DNA of 64,000 nucleotides from Candidatus Doudnabacteria bacterium (GCA_963768175.1 CAVYGQ010000001.1:382305-446304); one strand, 5' to 3'. Positions 34,227 to 43,837 are shown, counted from the stretch's first letter. The notes: generated from the sequence alone by a model not told the origin. Numbers and translations are program-made.

Positions 34227-34258
34227 AAATATATTCTCCACAAGGTCGAATGATATTT

Positions 34259-35776
34259 TTATTGACTTAACTTCTTTCTCAATAACTCATTAATCACCTG
34301 CGGATTGCCTTTGCCTTTAAGCTCTTTCATGGTTTGACCAACCAGGAAACCAAACGACTTTTCCTGGCCGGCTTTATAGTCGGTAACTGCTTTTGCGTTG
34401 GCCGCGATGACTTTATCAATTGCCGATGATATAGCCCCTGTATCCGATGTCTGTTCCAACCCTAAATCAGCCACAATGGAAAGCGGCTCGCCGCCTTTTT
34501 CAAACATGACTTTAAATACGGTTTTAGCCGCGCTGCCGGAAATTTTCCCCTGCTGGATAAGTTTTAACAGTTCGGCAAAATTTTCCGGTTTAACCTCTGA
34601 ATCCGCAGGATTTATAAGTTTTGCGTTTAACATGGCGCTAAAGTCCTGCAAGCACCAATTGGCCGCCTGTTTGATCAATGTATTACGATCCAGCCCTTTC
34701 TTGCCCTCCGTAGCTTCAGCGGTGGAGGGTTCCTGTTCTAGCCACTCAGCTATCTCGCTTACGACCTCCTCAAAATAGTTTGCCAATTCCTTCCAATTAA
34801 TCAAATTTTCAACATCGGCCTCGGGCAAACCGAATTCTTCCAAAAACCGCTTGCGCTTTTGCGCCGGCAATTCCGGCATTTCATCTCTCAATTTATCCAA
34901 ATATTCTTCGGTAAAGTGCAGCACCGGCAAATCCGGCTCCGGGAAATACCGATAGTCGTTGGCTTCTTCCTTGCTCCTTTGCTCAACCGTAACGCCGTCT
35001 TTTTCGTTCCAGCCCATGGTCACCTGCTTGGGAATTTTGCCTTCTTTTAAGATTTCCGTCTGCCGCGCGATTTCGTAATTAACCGCAGCTTCGGCAAATT
35101 TAAATGAGTTGATATTCTTTACCTCCACTTTATATTTAGGTAAGGTTGCCTCTCCGGGCTTGCGCACGGAAATATTAGGTTCACAACGCATGGTCCCCTT
35201 TTCCATATCACAATCCGATGCGCCGAGGTAACGAATGATATTTCTCAACTCCGTTAAAAATACTTTAACCTCTTCCCCGCTTTCTATTTCCGGCTCTGTG
35301 ACAATTTCCAAAAGCGCGCAACCGGCTCTGTTATAATCCACCAGAGAATAAGACAAGCCTTCGGGATGGATATTTTTGCCCGCGTCTTCTTCCAAATGGA
35401 CACGAGTAATTCCAATCCGCTTGGTTTTATCCCCTATTTTTATATCCAGATATCCCTTTTTTGATATTGGCTTGTCATACTGCGAAATTTGGTAGCCCTT
35501 GGGCAAGTCCGGATAAAAATAATGTTTGCGGTCAAATTTGGACCACTCGTCAATCGTACAATTTAAAGCCAAGCCCACCATCGCGGCCAAGCGAATGGCT
35601 TCTTTGTTTGCCACCGGCAAGGTCCCGGGCTGGGCCGTGACAATTTCATCTATGTTGGTGTTCGGCGTTTTCTCGTCCGGATTATTCGGAGCCGGTGAAA
35701 ACATCTTGCTCTTGGTGGCAAGCTCCACGTGGATTTCAAATCCAATGACTGGTTTGTATTCTTGGTGAGTTTCCAT
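34259..35776 (-). CDS. gatB: Asp-tRNA(Asn)/Glu-tRNA(Gln) amidotransferase subunit B
   Basis: 505 aa; N-terminal YKPVIGFEIHVEL and a C-terminal YqeY-like domain, collinear with GatB. Confidence 0.9.
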   Translation of the reverse strand: METHQEYKPVIGFEIHVELATKSKMFSPAPNNPDEKTPNTNIDEIVTAQPGTLPVANKEAIRLAAMVGLALNCTIDEWSKFDRKHYFYPDLPKGYQISQYDKPISKKGYLDIKIGDKTKRIGITRVHLEEDAGKNIHPEGLSYSLVDYNRAGCALLEIVTEPEIESGEEVKVFLTELRNIIRYLGASDCDMEKGTMRCEPNISVRKPGEATLPKYKVEVKNINSFKFAEAAVNYEIARQTEILKEGKIPKQVTMGWNEKDGVTVEQRSKEEANDYRYFPEPDLPVLHFTEEYLDKLRDEMPELPAQKRKRFLEEFGLPEADVENLINWKELANYFEEVVSEIAEWLEQEPSTAEATEGKKGLDRNTLIKQAANWCLQDFSAMLNAKLINPADSEVKPENFAELLKLIQQGKISGSAAKTVFKVMFEKGGEPLSIVADLGLEQTSDTGAISSAIDKVIAANAKAVTDYKAGQEKSFGFLVGQTMKELKGKGNPQVINELLRKKLSQ

Positions 35777-35804
35777 ACGAATAATATCCTTACTAAATTT
35801 CTGA

Positions 35805-36074
35805 TTAGTCGTTTGCCATACTTACTCTTTTTTTGCGTTCTTCTTCCAATTTCCCCCGAAGTTCGTTAATTTGTCGGTCAATATAATTATAGGAATCCGG
35901 GCTTGTCGATTTTCCACGTTCTGTCTCCTTAAGTATAATTTGTCGCCTTAACTCAATTTCCGCATCTGAATAAGAACAGTCGAGATGGTTAACGCGATAA
36001 GATTCCAGCCAAGCTTTTGGGTTTCTCAAAAGTTCTTCACGATGTCGTTCAAAATCTTCTAAAGATTCCGGCAT
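35805..36074 (-). CDS. hypothetical protein (89 aa) between gatA and gatB
   Basis: A charged, helical small ORF; no motif. Confidence 0.35.
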   Translation of the reverse strand: MPESLEDFERHREELLRNPKAWLESYRVNHLDCSYSDAEIELRRQIILKETERGKSTSPDSYNYIDRQINELRGKLEEERKKRVSMAND

Positions 36075-36080
36075 ATTTAT

Positions 36081-37568
36081 CTATTTAATTAAAGGATGTT
36101 TCTTATGCCACTCCGTAACCTGCTGGTAGGCGTAGCCGACGTTAAAAATCTTCTGTTCGCCCCATTGCGGGCCGATTATCTGCAGGCCAGCCGGCAGACC
36201 GTCCATAGAAGGGGTCGTGCCGTCAGTCGGGCGGGCAAAGCCGCAAGGCACGGAAATGGCAGGCAAACCGGCTAAATTGCAATTGACTACCAAACGGTCG
36301 GCAATATAAGCAAAAATCGGGTCGTTTTGAGCAATGCCGGATTTAGGCGCCACATTGGGCTGGGTCGGCGTCAGTAAAACATCTACCTCTTTAAACACTT
36401 CAGCGAACTCGTTTACCAGCAACCGGCGAATTTTTTGCGCGCGCTTGTAATAAGCGTCGTAATAGCCGGCAGACAAAACATAAGTGCCGGTCATAATCCT
36501 TCTTTTGGCTTCGTCGCCAAAACCTTCGGCGCGGCTCTTGGTATAAACTTCCATTAAGTCTTTGGCTTCTTTGGTTACATGGCCAAAACGTATACCGTCA
36601 TATTTAGCCAAATTGGAACTGATTTCCGAAGGGCAAATAATCGCATAAACCATCTGGCCGTAATGAGTGTTCGGCAGGCTGACTTCCACTAACTCCGCCC
36701 CCAACCGCTCAACCTGCTTAATAGCCTCATTCACCCGTTGTTCCACTTCTGGTTCCATTCCTTCCAAAAAATATTCTTTGGGAATGCCGATTTTAATACC
36801 CTTTAAATCGCGCGTTAAATGCTTGTAGTATGCCGGCACTTCCATCGGTCCGGTGGTCGCGTCTTTAGGATCAAGGCCGGCGATGTATTCAGCAATATAA
36901 GCGGCGTCTTCCGCGGACAAACACAAAAATCCCTGTGTGTCCATGCTGGAAGCCATGGAGATAACGCCATAGCGCGAAACGCGGCCGTAGGTCGGCTTGT
37001 AGCCGGTAATGCCGCACATGCTTGCCGGACCACGAATGCTGCCGCCGGTATCCGTCCCCAGCGCGTACGGACAAAGGCCCGCGGCTACCGCCGCCCCGCT
37101 GCCGCTGGAAGATCCGGCCGGCATCCTGGTTTTATCCCAGGGGTTTTTGGTAAATCCGTAAGCCGAACTCTCCCCGCTTGAGCCGTGCGCAAATTGGTCT
37201 TGGTTGGTTTTGCCTACCAGTACCGCCTTCTGCCCTTTTAATTTTGCGATGACGGTGGAATCGTAAGGTGGAATATATTGGTCCAAAATTTTTGATGCCG
37301 CCGTGGTACGGATTCCCTTAGTGCAAAACATATCTTTAGCCGCGTAAGGGATGCCGCACAAAAACGGATTTTCGCCCGGGGAATTAATAAAATCGTCGGC
37401 ATCCTTTGCCTGCTTTAAGGCCTGCTCTTCCGTAACGGTAAGAAACGCGTTTAAATCGCTCTTTTTTATCCGCGACAAAAAATACTTCGTCAGTTCAACG
37501 GAGGAGACTTTCTTTTCATCGAGCAATTTTCTAAGCTCAGTAAGTTGTAAAAATTCAAAGTTCATCAA
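36081..37568 (-). CDS. gatA: Glu-tRNA(Gln) amidotransferase subunit A
   Basis: Amidase signature GGSSSGSGAAVAAG and the Ser-cisSer-Lys triad region; 495 aa. Confidence 0.92.
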   Translation of the reverse strand: MMNFEFLQLTELRKLLDEKKVSSVELTKYFLSRIKKSDLNAFLTVTEEQALKQAKDADDFINSPGENPFLCGIPYAAKDMFCTKGIRTTAASKILDQYIPPYDSTVIAKLKGQKAVLVGKTNQDQFAHGSSGESSAYGFTKNPWDKTRMPAGSSSGSGAAVAAGLCPYALGTDTGGSIRGPASMCGITGYKPTYGRVSRYGVISMASSMDTQGFLCLSAEDAAYIAEYIAGLDPKDATTGPMEVPAYYKHLTRDLKGIKIGIPKEYFLEGMEPEVEQRVNEAIKQVERLGAELVEVSLPNTHYGQMVYAIICPSEISSNLAKYDGIRFGHVTKEAKDLMEVYTKSRAEGFGDEAKRRIMTGTYVLSAGYYDAYYKRAQKIRRLLVNEFAEVFKEVDVLLTPTQPNVAPKSGIAQNDPIFAYIADRLVVNCNLAGLPAISVPCGFARPTDGTTPSMDGLPAGLQIIGPQWGEQKIFNVGYAYQQVTEWHKKHPLIK

Positions 37569-37981
37569 AGTGAGTAGTGAGTAGTGCTACAATTACTTAA
37601 GTTTTGCTGTTAAAGAATTAAGCATTTTCAATACTTCCAAATTCAAGCTTTCTGCTGTCGAATAATCTATTTTTGAATATAATCTTTTTGCAATAATCAG
37701 TTGTGTTTCAAGTTCCGCCGCAGAGCCAAAGGATATACCCAAATGCTGATTAAATTCTAGGGTATGATTCCGACATGCACCTTCCGCAATATTTGAAGCG
37801 ATACTAACCGAAGCCCTTTGCATCTGGGAACTCAATCCAAATTTTTCTTCCGGCGGGAACAGCTTAGTAATTTTATAAATTTCAATAACTAACTCTATAC
37901 TTTTTTGCCAAACAATCAATTCTTTATAATTTTGGACTTTCATGGTTTTTTCTAATCACTAAACACTACTCACTACCCACT
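37569..37981. mobile_element. four-helix-bundle gene cassette flanked by 18-bp inverted repeats AGTGAGTAGTGAGTAGTG / CACTACTCACTACCCACT, inserted between gatC and gatA
   Basis: Left IR at 37569-37586 and right IR at 37964-37981; the right IR overlaps the gatC stop. Solo copies of the same motif lie at 45744-45770 and 49809-49838. Confidence 0.55.
37593..37943 (-). CDS. four-helix-bundle protein (TIGR02436; 23S rRNA IVS protein / bAvd-like family)
   Basis: 116 aa; WQKSIELVIEIYKITKLFPPEEKFGLSSQMQRASVSIASNIAEG is the hallmark of this family. Confidence 0.85.
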   Translation of the reverse strand: MKVQNYKELIVWQKSIELVIEIYKITKLFPPEEKFGLSSQMQRASVSIASNIAEGACRNHTLEFNQHLGISFGSAAELETQLIIAKRLYSKIDYSTAESLNLEVLKMLNSLTAKLK

Positions 37982-38261
37982 AAAGAATAGCCTTTACCTT
38001 GTAAAACCCGTCTTTCATTTCGGGGGCCTGGGAAAAAATTTCCTGATGGTTTTGGGCTACCACCGCTTTGTCGTCCCGCTGGACATTAACCAAACCGGTA
38101 ACTTCAAAGACCTCGTCTACCCCAGAAACGTCAACTTTTTTTAATTCATCGACAAACTCCAAAACCGTGGAAAGGTCTTTTTGGTACTTTTCCACTTCGG
38201 TTTCCGTTAAATGGATTCTGGCCAACTTGGAAAGTTTTATGACTTCTTCTCGTGTAAGCAT
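37980..38261 (-). CDS. gatC: Asp/Glu-tRNA amidotransferase subunit C
   Basis: The 94-aa core MLTREEVIKLSKLARIHLTETEVEKYQKDLSTVLEFVDELKKVD matches GatC. The ORF-track N-terminal extension is probably not translated. Confidence 0.8.
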   Translation of the reverse strand: MLTREEVIKLSKLARIHLTETEVEKYQKDLSTVLEFVDELKKVDVSGVDEVFEVTGLVNVQRDDKAVVAQNHQEIFSQAPEMKDGFYKVKAIL

Positions 38262-38378
38262 GGATAAATTATACAAAATTCTGACAGTATTTGCAACATC
38301 ATACGCTACAAAGAGACTCTTTGCGCCACGCAAAGAGTCTCTTTGTCTTTTGTGTTTAAATTTTGTCAATTTTAGCAA

Positions 38379-40796
38379 TTACTCCAGCATCCCCTTTTGT
38401 TCCAAATGCAAAAAAATTGATGTTAAAAACTGCCTTTTGATGTCCGACTTCAAAGCTTCAAACAATTTACGGCCTTCCAAAACATAATCAATTAGCGGAT
38501 CTTCCGAGGCGTAAGAAAACAGCCCGGCTTCCTCTTTAAGCACGTCCATTAAATCCAGCTGGCTGCTCCAATTATTGTCTATAATTTCCAAAATTAAATT
38601 CTGGCCGGCCTGGTAAACTTCCGGCTCTATTTTAATTTTTAAAGCCAACTCTTCCAAAATATCCGCCAGTTTTTCCGCCGCGTTGTTTAGGACAACAGGA
38701 TCCGCCGCCTTGTAAAACGGGTTTAGCCACTCGTTTAAAACATCAGTTTTGCCATTTTTGGCAGCCAGTCCCAAAGACTGCTGAATTTCTTCCGGCTTGG
38801 CATCTACACGGAAAACTTTTAACATTTCCTCGGAAATCAGTTTGGCATCGCCGGTTTGCAAAATTTCCGCCAAAACTTCACGGATGGATTTTTTTAAAAA
38901 ACCCAAAAAGTTTGTTTCGTTCTCTAAAAGCGAATCGCGGAGCGCGTAAATATATTTTCTTTGGAACTTGGTCACGCTGTCGTATTTGTACAAATAAAGC
39001 CGGCCGTCCAAATTCTTGCTTTCCACAAAATCCTGCGCTTTTTTAAAGGCCTCGTTCAAACTTTTGCCGGAAATATATTCGTCTTCGGGAATATCGTAGG
39101 CTTCCATGGTATTGATAATTTTCTCGCTGCCGAACAACTGCATTATTTCGTCCTCCATGGAAATTAAAAATTGCGTCTCGCCCGGCTCTCCCTGCCGCCC
39201 GCTGCGGCCAATTAATTGGTCATCAATCCGCCTTGATTCGTGCCGCTCCGTGCCCAAAACGTACAACCCCCCCAAGCGCGCTACGCCCGGCCCAAGCAAA
39301 ATGTCCGTACCGCGGCCGGCCATGTTGGTGGCCACAGTTATCATCCCCTCCTGCCCGGCTTTCTGGATCTTTTCCGCTTCGGCGCGATGATCCTGGGCCG
39401 TAAGCAGCTGGTAAGAATATCCGGCTGTATCCAAAATCCCCGCCACCACGTGAGCGGTCTCCACGTTGCGCGTACCAATAAGCAAGGGCTGGCCTTTGCG
39501 TTTTATTTGCTCAATTTTTTTGACCAAACCCAAAAATTTGCCTTTTTGGGTTTTAAAAAATAAATCATTATGGTCCACGCGAATTACCGGCTGGTTAGTG
39601 GGGATTTGGATAACATCAAGCTTGTAAACCTGGTTAAATTCGTCGCGCGCCCTCATAACCGTGCCACTCATGCCGGAAAGTTTTTCGTACATGGGAAAAA
39701 AATTCTGGAAAGTAATGCTGGCCTGCGTCTTGTCGGCATCTTTGACTTTAACATGCTCTTTGGCCTCAATAGCTTGGTGCACGCCATCGGTAAACCGGCG
39801 GCCAGGTAAAACCCGCCCCGTGAATTCGTCGACGATTTCCACGCCTTCGTCGTCTATAATATAGTCGCGGTCTTTTTCAAACACCACTTTGGCTTTCAGG
39901 CAAACATCCAAATAAAACACATACATGGGATTGTCTTTGGAAAATACCGAACCGCCCAAAAGTTGTTCCACTTTATTTAAGCCCACGTCAGTCATAGCGA
40001 CCAGCTTTTGCTGGTAGTCCACCGTGTAGTCTTCATCTTCAACTAATCTTTCCGCAATTTTTGTAAACAGGTCGTAAAAATTCCGCTCCTCTTTTACCGG
40101 TTCGGCAATAATGAGCGGCGTGCGGGATTCGTCTATTAAAATACTGTCGATTTCGTCCACAATGCCAAAATACAGCGGATGCTCGGGCCGCAAAACCCGC
40201 TCGCTTCTGGAAAAAACCAAATTGTCGCGCAAATAATCAAAACCGGCTTCCTGGTTGGTAACGTAAGTAATATCGCAGGCGTAGGCTTTGCGGCGCTCGT
40301 CATTTTTCATGGTGGAGGTGACAAAACCTACGCTCAAGCCCAAAAAATTATAAAGCTTACCCATCCACTTGGCGTCGCGCTCCGCAAGATAATCGTTGGT
40401 GGTAATCAAGTGCACGCCATAACCCATTAACGCATTGATATAAACCGGCATGGTTTCGGTTAAGGTTTTGCCTTCGCCGGCCTTCATTTCCGCCACGCGG
40501 CCTGAATGGATAACCAGCCCGGCCAAAATCTGCACCGGAAAAGGCGACTGGCCCAGCACCCGGCGCGCGGCCTCGTTGACCACGGCAAAAGCCTGGACCA
40601 CCAAGCTGTCCAGGCGCTTGCCTTTTTGCAAATCATCCCTAAAAGCCAAACCGGCGAGCTTAAGCTCCTGGTCCGACCAACCTTTTAATTCCTCGCGCTC
40701 TTTTAAAACCAGCTTGACCCGGTACTCCAAACCCTCCAAAGCCCAGTTGTCTATATATCTATTAGCGCCTTCTTTTAAACTTCCTAAGATATCCAT
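38379..40796 (-). CDS. secA: preprotein translocase ATPase SecA
   Basis: 805 aa; DEAD-like motor (Walker A MKTGEGKT, DEVD Walker B at FGIVDEIDSILIDE) and the preprotein cross-linking domain. Confidence 0.93.
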   Translation of the reverse strand: MDILGSLKEGANRYIDNWALEGLEYRVKLVLKEREELKGWSDQELKLAGLAFRDDLQKGKRLDSLVVQAFAVVNEAARRVLGQSPFPVQILAGLVIHSGRVAEMKAGEGKTLTETMPVYINALMGYGVHLITTNDYLAERDAKWMGKLYNFLGLSVGFVTSTMKNDERRKAYACDITYVTNQEAGFDYLRDNLVFSRSERVLRPEHPLYFGIVDEIDSILIDESRTPLIIAEPVKEERNFYDLFTKIAERLVEDEDYTVDYQQKLVAMTDVGLNKVEQLLGGSVFSKDNPMYVFYLDVCLKAKVVFEKDRDYIIDDEGVEIVDEFTGRVLPGRRFTDGVHQAIEAKEHVKVKDADKTQASITFQNFFPMYEKLSGMSGTVMRARDEFNQVYKLDVIQIPTNQPVIRVDHNDLFFKTQKGKFLGLVKKIEQIKRKGQPLLIGTRNVETAHVVAGILDTAGYSYQLLTAQDHRAEAEKIQKAGQEGMITVATNMAGRGTDILLGPGVARLGGLYVLGTERHESRRIDDQLIGRSGRQGEPGETQFLISMEDEIMQLFGSEKIINTMEAYDIPEDEYISGKSLNEAFKKAQDFVESKNLDGRLYLYKYDSVTKFQRKYIYALRDSLLENETNFLGFLKKSIREVLAEILQTGDAKLISEEMLKVFRVDAKPEEIQQSLGLAAKNGKTDVLNEWLNPFYKAADPVVLNNAAEKLADILEELALKIKIEPEVYQAGQNLILEIIDNNWSSQLDLMDVLKEEAGLFSYASEDPLIDYVLEGRKLFEALKSDIKRQFLTSIFLHLEQKGMLE

Positions 40797-40910
40797 TTTT
40801 TATTTTAATTTCAAAATTTATTCCGTCATTTGGATAAATTATACCACAAAAAATGGATTTATGCTATAATATACTCAATCAGAAAAATTAACAAATAAGC
40901 TATAAACAAT

Positions 40911-41456
40911 ATGATATATCTCTATATTATTATAGTCCTGGCGATTATAGTAATCCTCTTGTTCAACGGCTTAGTCCGCTCCAAAAACCGCGTGGACGAA
41001 GCCTGGAGCGACATAGACGTGCAATTAAAGCGCAGATACGATTTAATCCCGAACTTGGTGGAAACGGTAAAGGGATACGCCGCGCACGAATCGGGTGTGT
41101 TTGAAAAAGTCACCGCCGCGCGCACCGCGGCCATGAGCGCCGGCACAATGGACGATAAATTAAAACAGGAGAACGCCCTGTCTGGCACCTTAAAGAGTTT
41201 GTTTGCGGTGGCGGAAAATTATCCGGACTTAAAAGCCAATGCTAATTTTTTACAGTTGCAGAGCGACTTAACCGATACCGAAGACAAAATCCAGGCCGCC
41301 CGCCGCTTTTACAACGGCAATGTCCGCGACTTCAACACCAAAATCCAGCAATTCCCCGGCAACATGTTTGCTTCCATGTTCGGCTTTACCAAACGCGACT
41401 TCTTTGGGATAGACGAAAGCGGCCCCGAGGCGCAGCCGGTCAAGGTTCAATTTTAA
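40911..41456 (+). CDS. lemA: LemA family protein
   Basis: N-terminal TM plus the LemA core (RRYDLIPNLVETVKGYAAHE, RRFYNGNVRDFN). Confidence 0.85.
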   Translation: MIYLYIIIVLAIIVILLFNGLVRSKNRVDEAWSDIDVQLKRRYDLIPNLVETVKGYAAHESGVFEKVTAARTAAMSAGTMDDKLKQENALSGTLKSLFAVAENYPDLKANANFLQLQSDLTDTEDKIQAARRFYNGNVRDFNTKIQQFPGNMFASMFGFTKRDFFGIDESGPEAQPVKVQF

Positions 41457-41545
41457 TTGAACCTTGACCCCGAGCGAAGCCGAGGGGTGAAAGTGCAATT
41501 TTAATTGAACCTTGACCCCGAGCGAAGCCGAGGGGTGAAAGTGCA
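41430..41545. repeat. tandem repeat (2.4 x 48 bp) beginning with a perfect 14-bp-arm palindrome GGTCAAGGTTCAATT-tt-AATTGAACCTTGACC that spans the lemA stop
   Basis: The unit caattttaattgaaccttgaccccgagcgaagccgaggggtgaaagtg is repeated. It contains the CCCCGAGCGAAGCCGAGGGG motif also seen in the clpC terminator. Confidence 0.7.
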
Positions 41546-41628
41546 ATTTTAATCATTCAAACATTTAAACATACAAGCATTTAAGCATGTTTATATGCTT
41601 TAATGTTTATATGCTTAGATGACCCCCA

Positions 41629-42579
41629 ATGCTCACCTACGACCTCATCAACAAAAACAAACGCGAAAGCTGGATATTAATATTCAGCTTTTTGGTCGTA
41701 ATTTCCGCGCTCGGCTGGGTATTCGCCCAGGTCTATCAAAACAGCGCGATTTTGTATTTGGCCGTAATTTTCAGCGTCGGCTCCGCGCTGTTTTCCTACT
41801 ATTTTGCCGATTCCATTACACTGGCGGTTTCCAAGGCGCAGGAAGTAGACAGGGCTTCCAACCAGCAGCTATATAACATCGTGGAGAACCTTTGTATTAC
41901 CGCCGGCATTCCCACACCGAAAATTTACATCATCCAAGACTTAGCCCCCAACGCCTTTGCCACTGGCCGCGACCCCAAACACGCGGTAATTTGCTTTACC
42001 ACCGGCATTTTGCAAAAGCTAAATAAAACCGAATTGGAAGGCGTAACCGCGCACGAACTTTCCCATATTGGCAATTACGATATCCGCCTAATGACTTTGG
42101 TAGTGGTTTTGGTTGGAATGATTGCCCTTATGTCTAATTGGTTTTTGCGCTTTTCTTTTTTTGGCGGCCGCAGAAGCAACAGCAAAGACAACAATCTTGG
42201 CATGATTTTATTCTGTATCGGAATTTTGCTGGCTATTCTCTCCCCTCTCATTGCCACCTTAATAAAACTGGCAGTGTCCCGCCAGCGCGAGTACTTGGCA
42301 GACGCCTCCGGTGCACTACTAACCCGCTACCCGGAAGGGCTCGCCTCGGCTTTAGAAAAAATTTCCGATGACCAAACTCCCCTTATGGAAGCCAACAACG
42401 CCACCGCGCATCTTTACATTGTTAACCCCTTTCACCAGGACCGCGACCAAGCCACCCGTGCCCCGTCGGATGACGGGGCCGAAAACCCTCACGGCGCCCG
42501 CAGCTTTATGGCCGGCTTGTTTAACACCCATCCCCCGATTGAAGATAGAATTAAAAGACTTAGGGAAATGAATCTGTAA
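41629..42579 (+). CDS. htpX: M48 family zinc metalloprotease HtpX-like
   Basis: HELSHIGNYD (HExxH), a downstream E ligand, and 4 TM helices. The LemA-HtpX gene pair is a conserved synteny. Confidence 0.85.
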   Translation: MLTYDLINKNKRESWILIFSFLVVISALGWVFAQVYQNSAILYLAVIFSVGSALFSYYFADSITLAVSKAQEVDRASNQQLYNIVENLCITAGIPTPKIYIIQDLAPNAFATGRDPKHAVICFTTGILQKLNKTELEGVTAHELSHIGNYDIRLMTLVVVLVGMIALMSNWFLRFSFFGGRRSNSKDNNLGMILFCIGILLAILSPLIATLIKLAVSRQREYLADASGALLTRYPEGLASALEKISDDQTPLMEANNATAHLYIVNPFHQDRDQATRAPSDDGAENPHGARSFMAGLFNTHPPIEDRIKRLREMNL

Positions 42580-42583
42580 ACTT

Positions 42584-42889
42584 ATGCCAGAAGGAAAAGA
42601 GCCAAAATTTTATTCTTCTGATATGGAGCGCAGGAATGTAAATTTTAGGAAGGAAGATGCTTTAATTAAAGATGAAATCAAAGAAAAACTTTTTGCGTAT
42701 TACGCAAAATTGATGACCGCCCATGACAGTACTTATCCTGGCCATGTACTATCTTGGGAAGAAGCCGCGCTGATATTAGGGATAACAGCCAAAGAATTAA
42801 AGATTACTATCCGCAGAGCTTTTAAAACCGAGTCACTAAATGAAGTACTGGAAGGTATGGGCTTACCGCATAAGCCAGTTAGTTACTAA
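42584..42889 (+). CDS. hypothetical HTH-like protein, member 1 of a local paralog family
   Basis: 101 aa; C-terminal HVLSWEEAALILGITAKELKITIRRAF...EGMGLP. It shares the KxKLxxxYAQ...HVL(S/T)...G(L/M)GLP pattern with 42961-43782 and 44588-45025. Confidence 0.4.
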   Translation: MPEGKEPKFYSSDMERRNVNFRKEDALIKDEIKEKLFAYYAKLMTAHDSTYPGHVLSWEEAALILGITAKELKITIRRAFKTESLNEVLEGMGLPHKPVSY

Positions 42890-42960
42890 AAATCAATTTT
42901 GCTATTACTTGCCCGCCGAAGTCCGCCAGAGGCGGACGAAGGCGGGAGAGCGATGAATTT

Positions 42961-43782
42961 ATGACATTTAGGCCGGAACAAAATATGGAAGAAGAATACC
43001 TTAGTCCTATACAGAAAGCTGAAAAGGAAGCTTCCGACAAATGGCGCCAAATTAGAGCAAAATTATTGGAGCACTATGCGCAAAAAACAAAAATAGACAA
43101 AGCATACTCTGCCCATGTGCTCACATTGTTTGAAATCCTTGAGATATTAAAAAAAACTCCCAATGATTGGGCGGGTTTAATCAAAGAAGTCTTTCATACC
43201 AGCTCAACAGATATGGCCCTAGCAGCCATGGGACTTCCCTATCATCAACCCAGGGTTGTAGGACTTAGGGGACAGAAAGAGCAACAGTCAAAACTAGCAA
43301 CAGAGAGAAGCGAAAAACTCGCAAAATTTGGAGCGGTAATAGAAAAATTACGCAAAAAAAGGGGCGGTGACAAAAATTTAATAAGGCAAAAGTTTGCTAA
43401 GGAATTAGGTATAAATGAGAGTGGCTTAGGGGGCTATCTTGCCAGTATGTATCCCAGCACACAATCGCTGGAGGAAGCTATTGGAATCTACGACAGAGAC
43501 CACGGCCAAAAACCTTTAGGAGAACGCCGGGCTGAAGAAATGGCTCAAAAAAGAGAAAAGGATATGCACCGCATCACCCTAGCACTCAAAAAATTTCACG
43601 CGGATAGGGTAGCAACCGGCGGAAGAGCCGACTACGTCCTTTCAAAAAGAAATGCTGAAAAAGCCCTTGGCTTAAAAGACGACAAAGAACTGGAACAATT
43701 ACTTAGCCGGACTTTTGGATCGGGTTTCCAAAAAGTTTTAGAAAATATTGAATTGCCCTATAGGAGAGAAAGGCGCTTTTAA
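42961..43782 (+). CDS. hypothetical protein, member 2 of the paralog family
   Basis: 273 aa; KLLEHYAQKTK...HVLTLFEILEILKK...AAMGLPYHQP, with a charged helical C-terminal extension. Confidence 0.4.
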   Translation: MTFRPEQNMEEEYLSPIQKAEKEASDKWRQIRAKLLEHYAQKTKIDKAYSAHVLTLFEILEILKKTPNDWAGLIKEVFHTSSTDMALAAMGLPYHQPRVVGLRGQKEQQSKLATERSEKLAKFGAVIEKLRKKRGGDKNLIRQKFAKELGINESGLGGYLASMYPSTQSLEEAIGIYDRDHGQKPLGERRAEEMAQKREKDMHRITLALKKFHADRVATGGRADYVLSKRNAEKALGLKDDKELEQLLSRTFGSGFQKVLENIELPYRRERRF

Positions 43783-43837
43783 AAAACCAGTTTCGCTATA
43801 ACCTCCCCGCGAAAACCATAAGTATACCGGCTGTTGG

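Noticed and set aside
36815-37181. GC-rich overlapping ORFs on both strands inside gatA (also 46087-47601 inside clpC and 63026-63894 inside the Pro-rich gene)
   Set aside because: Arg/Ala/Gly-rich antisense or off-frame ORFs typical of GC-rich or low-complexity coding DNA. The host genes have strong homology.
37593-37943. Four-helix-bundle protein as the Avd component of a diversity-generating retroelement
   Set aside because: No reverse transcriptase, template repeat or variable repeat in the window. The gene is more simply a stand-alone TIGR02436 member in an IR-flanked cassette.
40797-40910. oriC with a DnaA-box cluster
   Set aside because: Only one imperfect box (TTATACCACA). Kept only as a low-interest strand-switch note.
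41430-41545. Possible CRISPR array (direct repeats with a GC hairpin)
   Set aside because: Only about 2.4 tandem units with no unique spacers between them. No cas genes and no leader. This is a simple tandem repeat.
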